Assembly: GCF_018977255.1 (NCBI RefSeq)
Contig: NW_024704742.1
Location: 76,758,001 to 76,822,000, forward strand
Direction of reading: 5' to 3'
Source of the DNA: Callorhinchus milii
Taxonomy: Eukaryota
DNA length: 64,000 nucleotides
Shown: positions 62,816 through 64,000 of the stretch, piece by piece
Layout: each line of letters begins with the position of its first letter
How positions within the stretch are numbered: the first letter of the stretch is position 1
Made by a program: the position numbers and the translations under genes
Notes under the pieces: model-generated
Seen by the model: only the letters and a program-made list of their open reading frames with translations
Told to the model about the DNA's origin: nothing
Database searches by the model: none

Positions 62816-64000
62816 CATGTCAGGCTATCCCAAAGTGCTTCACTGGATCTACTGTTGTGGATTAGTCATTCACTTTATTTGTGGGCAAACACAGCAAATT
62901 TTGCGTAAGGTAAGTCCCACAAACAACCTTGAAGTGAATGACCAATTTTAATCTATGGGATTGTGCCTTTACCATCCACTTGAACAGGCTACTAAGTAGG
63001 TACTGCCTTGTTTGAATGTTTCTTTAGCAAAACGTGAAGCCTTGATAATCAATTTCTGTGACCAGCAAACAAATAATACTCAACTTCATTCACATTTGAG
63101 CTCAGTCTGACTGAATAACCTTTGAGATACTGTATTCAACTTTTATTGGCACTGTATATTGTCCAGTCTAAGGTTTAAATACTTAAATTGCTACATTATC
63201 TGAGATTTTAAAGTTAACTGTTTAATCACAAGCTTAATTTTCAATAAAAGGGTGGTTGGCATGTGGAAGAAAATGACCAGCACAGATGGTAAGAGCAAGG
63301 GTTTCAAATGGAAGCTGGACAAATTCTGAAAATTGATTCAGGGCTAGTAGAATGATATAGATACAGCCATACTTTTAGGAATATTGTTGGGACAGTTAGA
63401 TTAGTGAAGGAAAACTATTTGAGCCAGGACAGTGTTGCATTACCAGAGGTACTATCCTTTGAGACGTTAAACCAAGGTCCTGTCTGCCTGTTCAGGTGGA
63501 TGGATGTTGAAGATCCTATGGCACTATTTGAAAAGAAGGGATACCCAGTGTCCTGGCCAATAATTCCCCAAATAAAATTCGGCATTCATTTCATGGCTGT
63601 TTGTGAGATATTGCTGTCTAAAAAAAATTGGTGTCTGGTTTCACTTACAAAATAATCACTGCGCTTTACCAGTATATCTTGTAAAGCACTGAGTGTCCTG
63701 ATGATGTTTGGGATTATGCCAAATGTAAGTTATCTGAAGGATGCCTCCCATCATTACTGCACTCTCCCAGTACTGAACTGAGTATCAGCTCGGCTGGTGG
63801 CTAATCTAGCTAAATCTGTGTTGGAGCAGTGTCTTGTTTCCAGTAGCTACTGAGTAGCGATTTTATGTTGAGTGAGGCTATGATCTCATCTACTAACAGC
63901 ACTGAAACCCACCTTCTTTTGAGAAAGAGCCAAGAATGAATGCTGCCAAGTTTCCATCTTAAACTTAATGAAGAAAAGCTCTACTGCCACTCATATGACC

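Overview
Vertebrate nuclear DNA, inferred from the repeat content to be a cartilaginous fish (possibly a chimaera). The ORF track is mostly uninformative because the genes are split into short exons. Two divergent protein-coding genes were reconstructed by hand. (1) STAP1 on the minus strand: 7 coding exons from the ATG at 18238 down to 1207, encoding PH and SH2 domains, with the last exons off the left edge. (2) A PSIP1/LEDGF-p75-like gene on the plus strand: 15 coding exons, 36320-60517, encoding PWWP, NLS, a charged linker and the integrase-binding domain. The main oddities are an apparent frameshift in the PSIP1 AT-hook exon (rescuable by a cryptic acceptor), loss of the other AT-hook, and a ~1.8 kb GC-box/(TG)n array abutting the PSIP1 start codon. 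There is also a candidate spliced antisense transcript between the genes, and STAP1-PSIP1 linkage that mirrors human STAP2-HDGFL2. The remainder is L2 and CR1 LINE fragments, old and young Deu-domain SINEs sharing the L2 3' tail, and unclassified old repeats. Repeat boundaries are approximate. Human protein comparisons are from memory, not from database searches.
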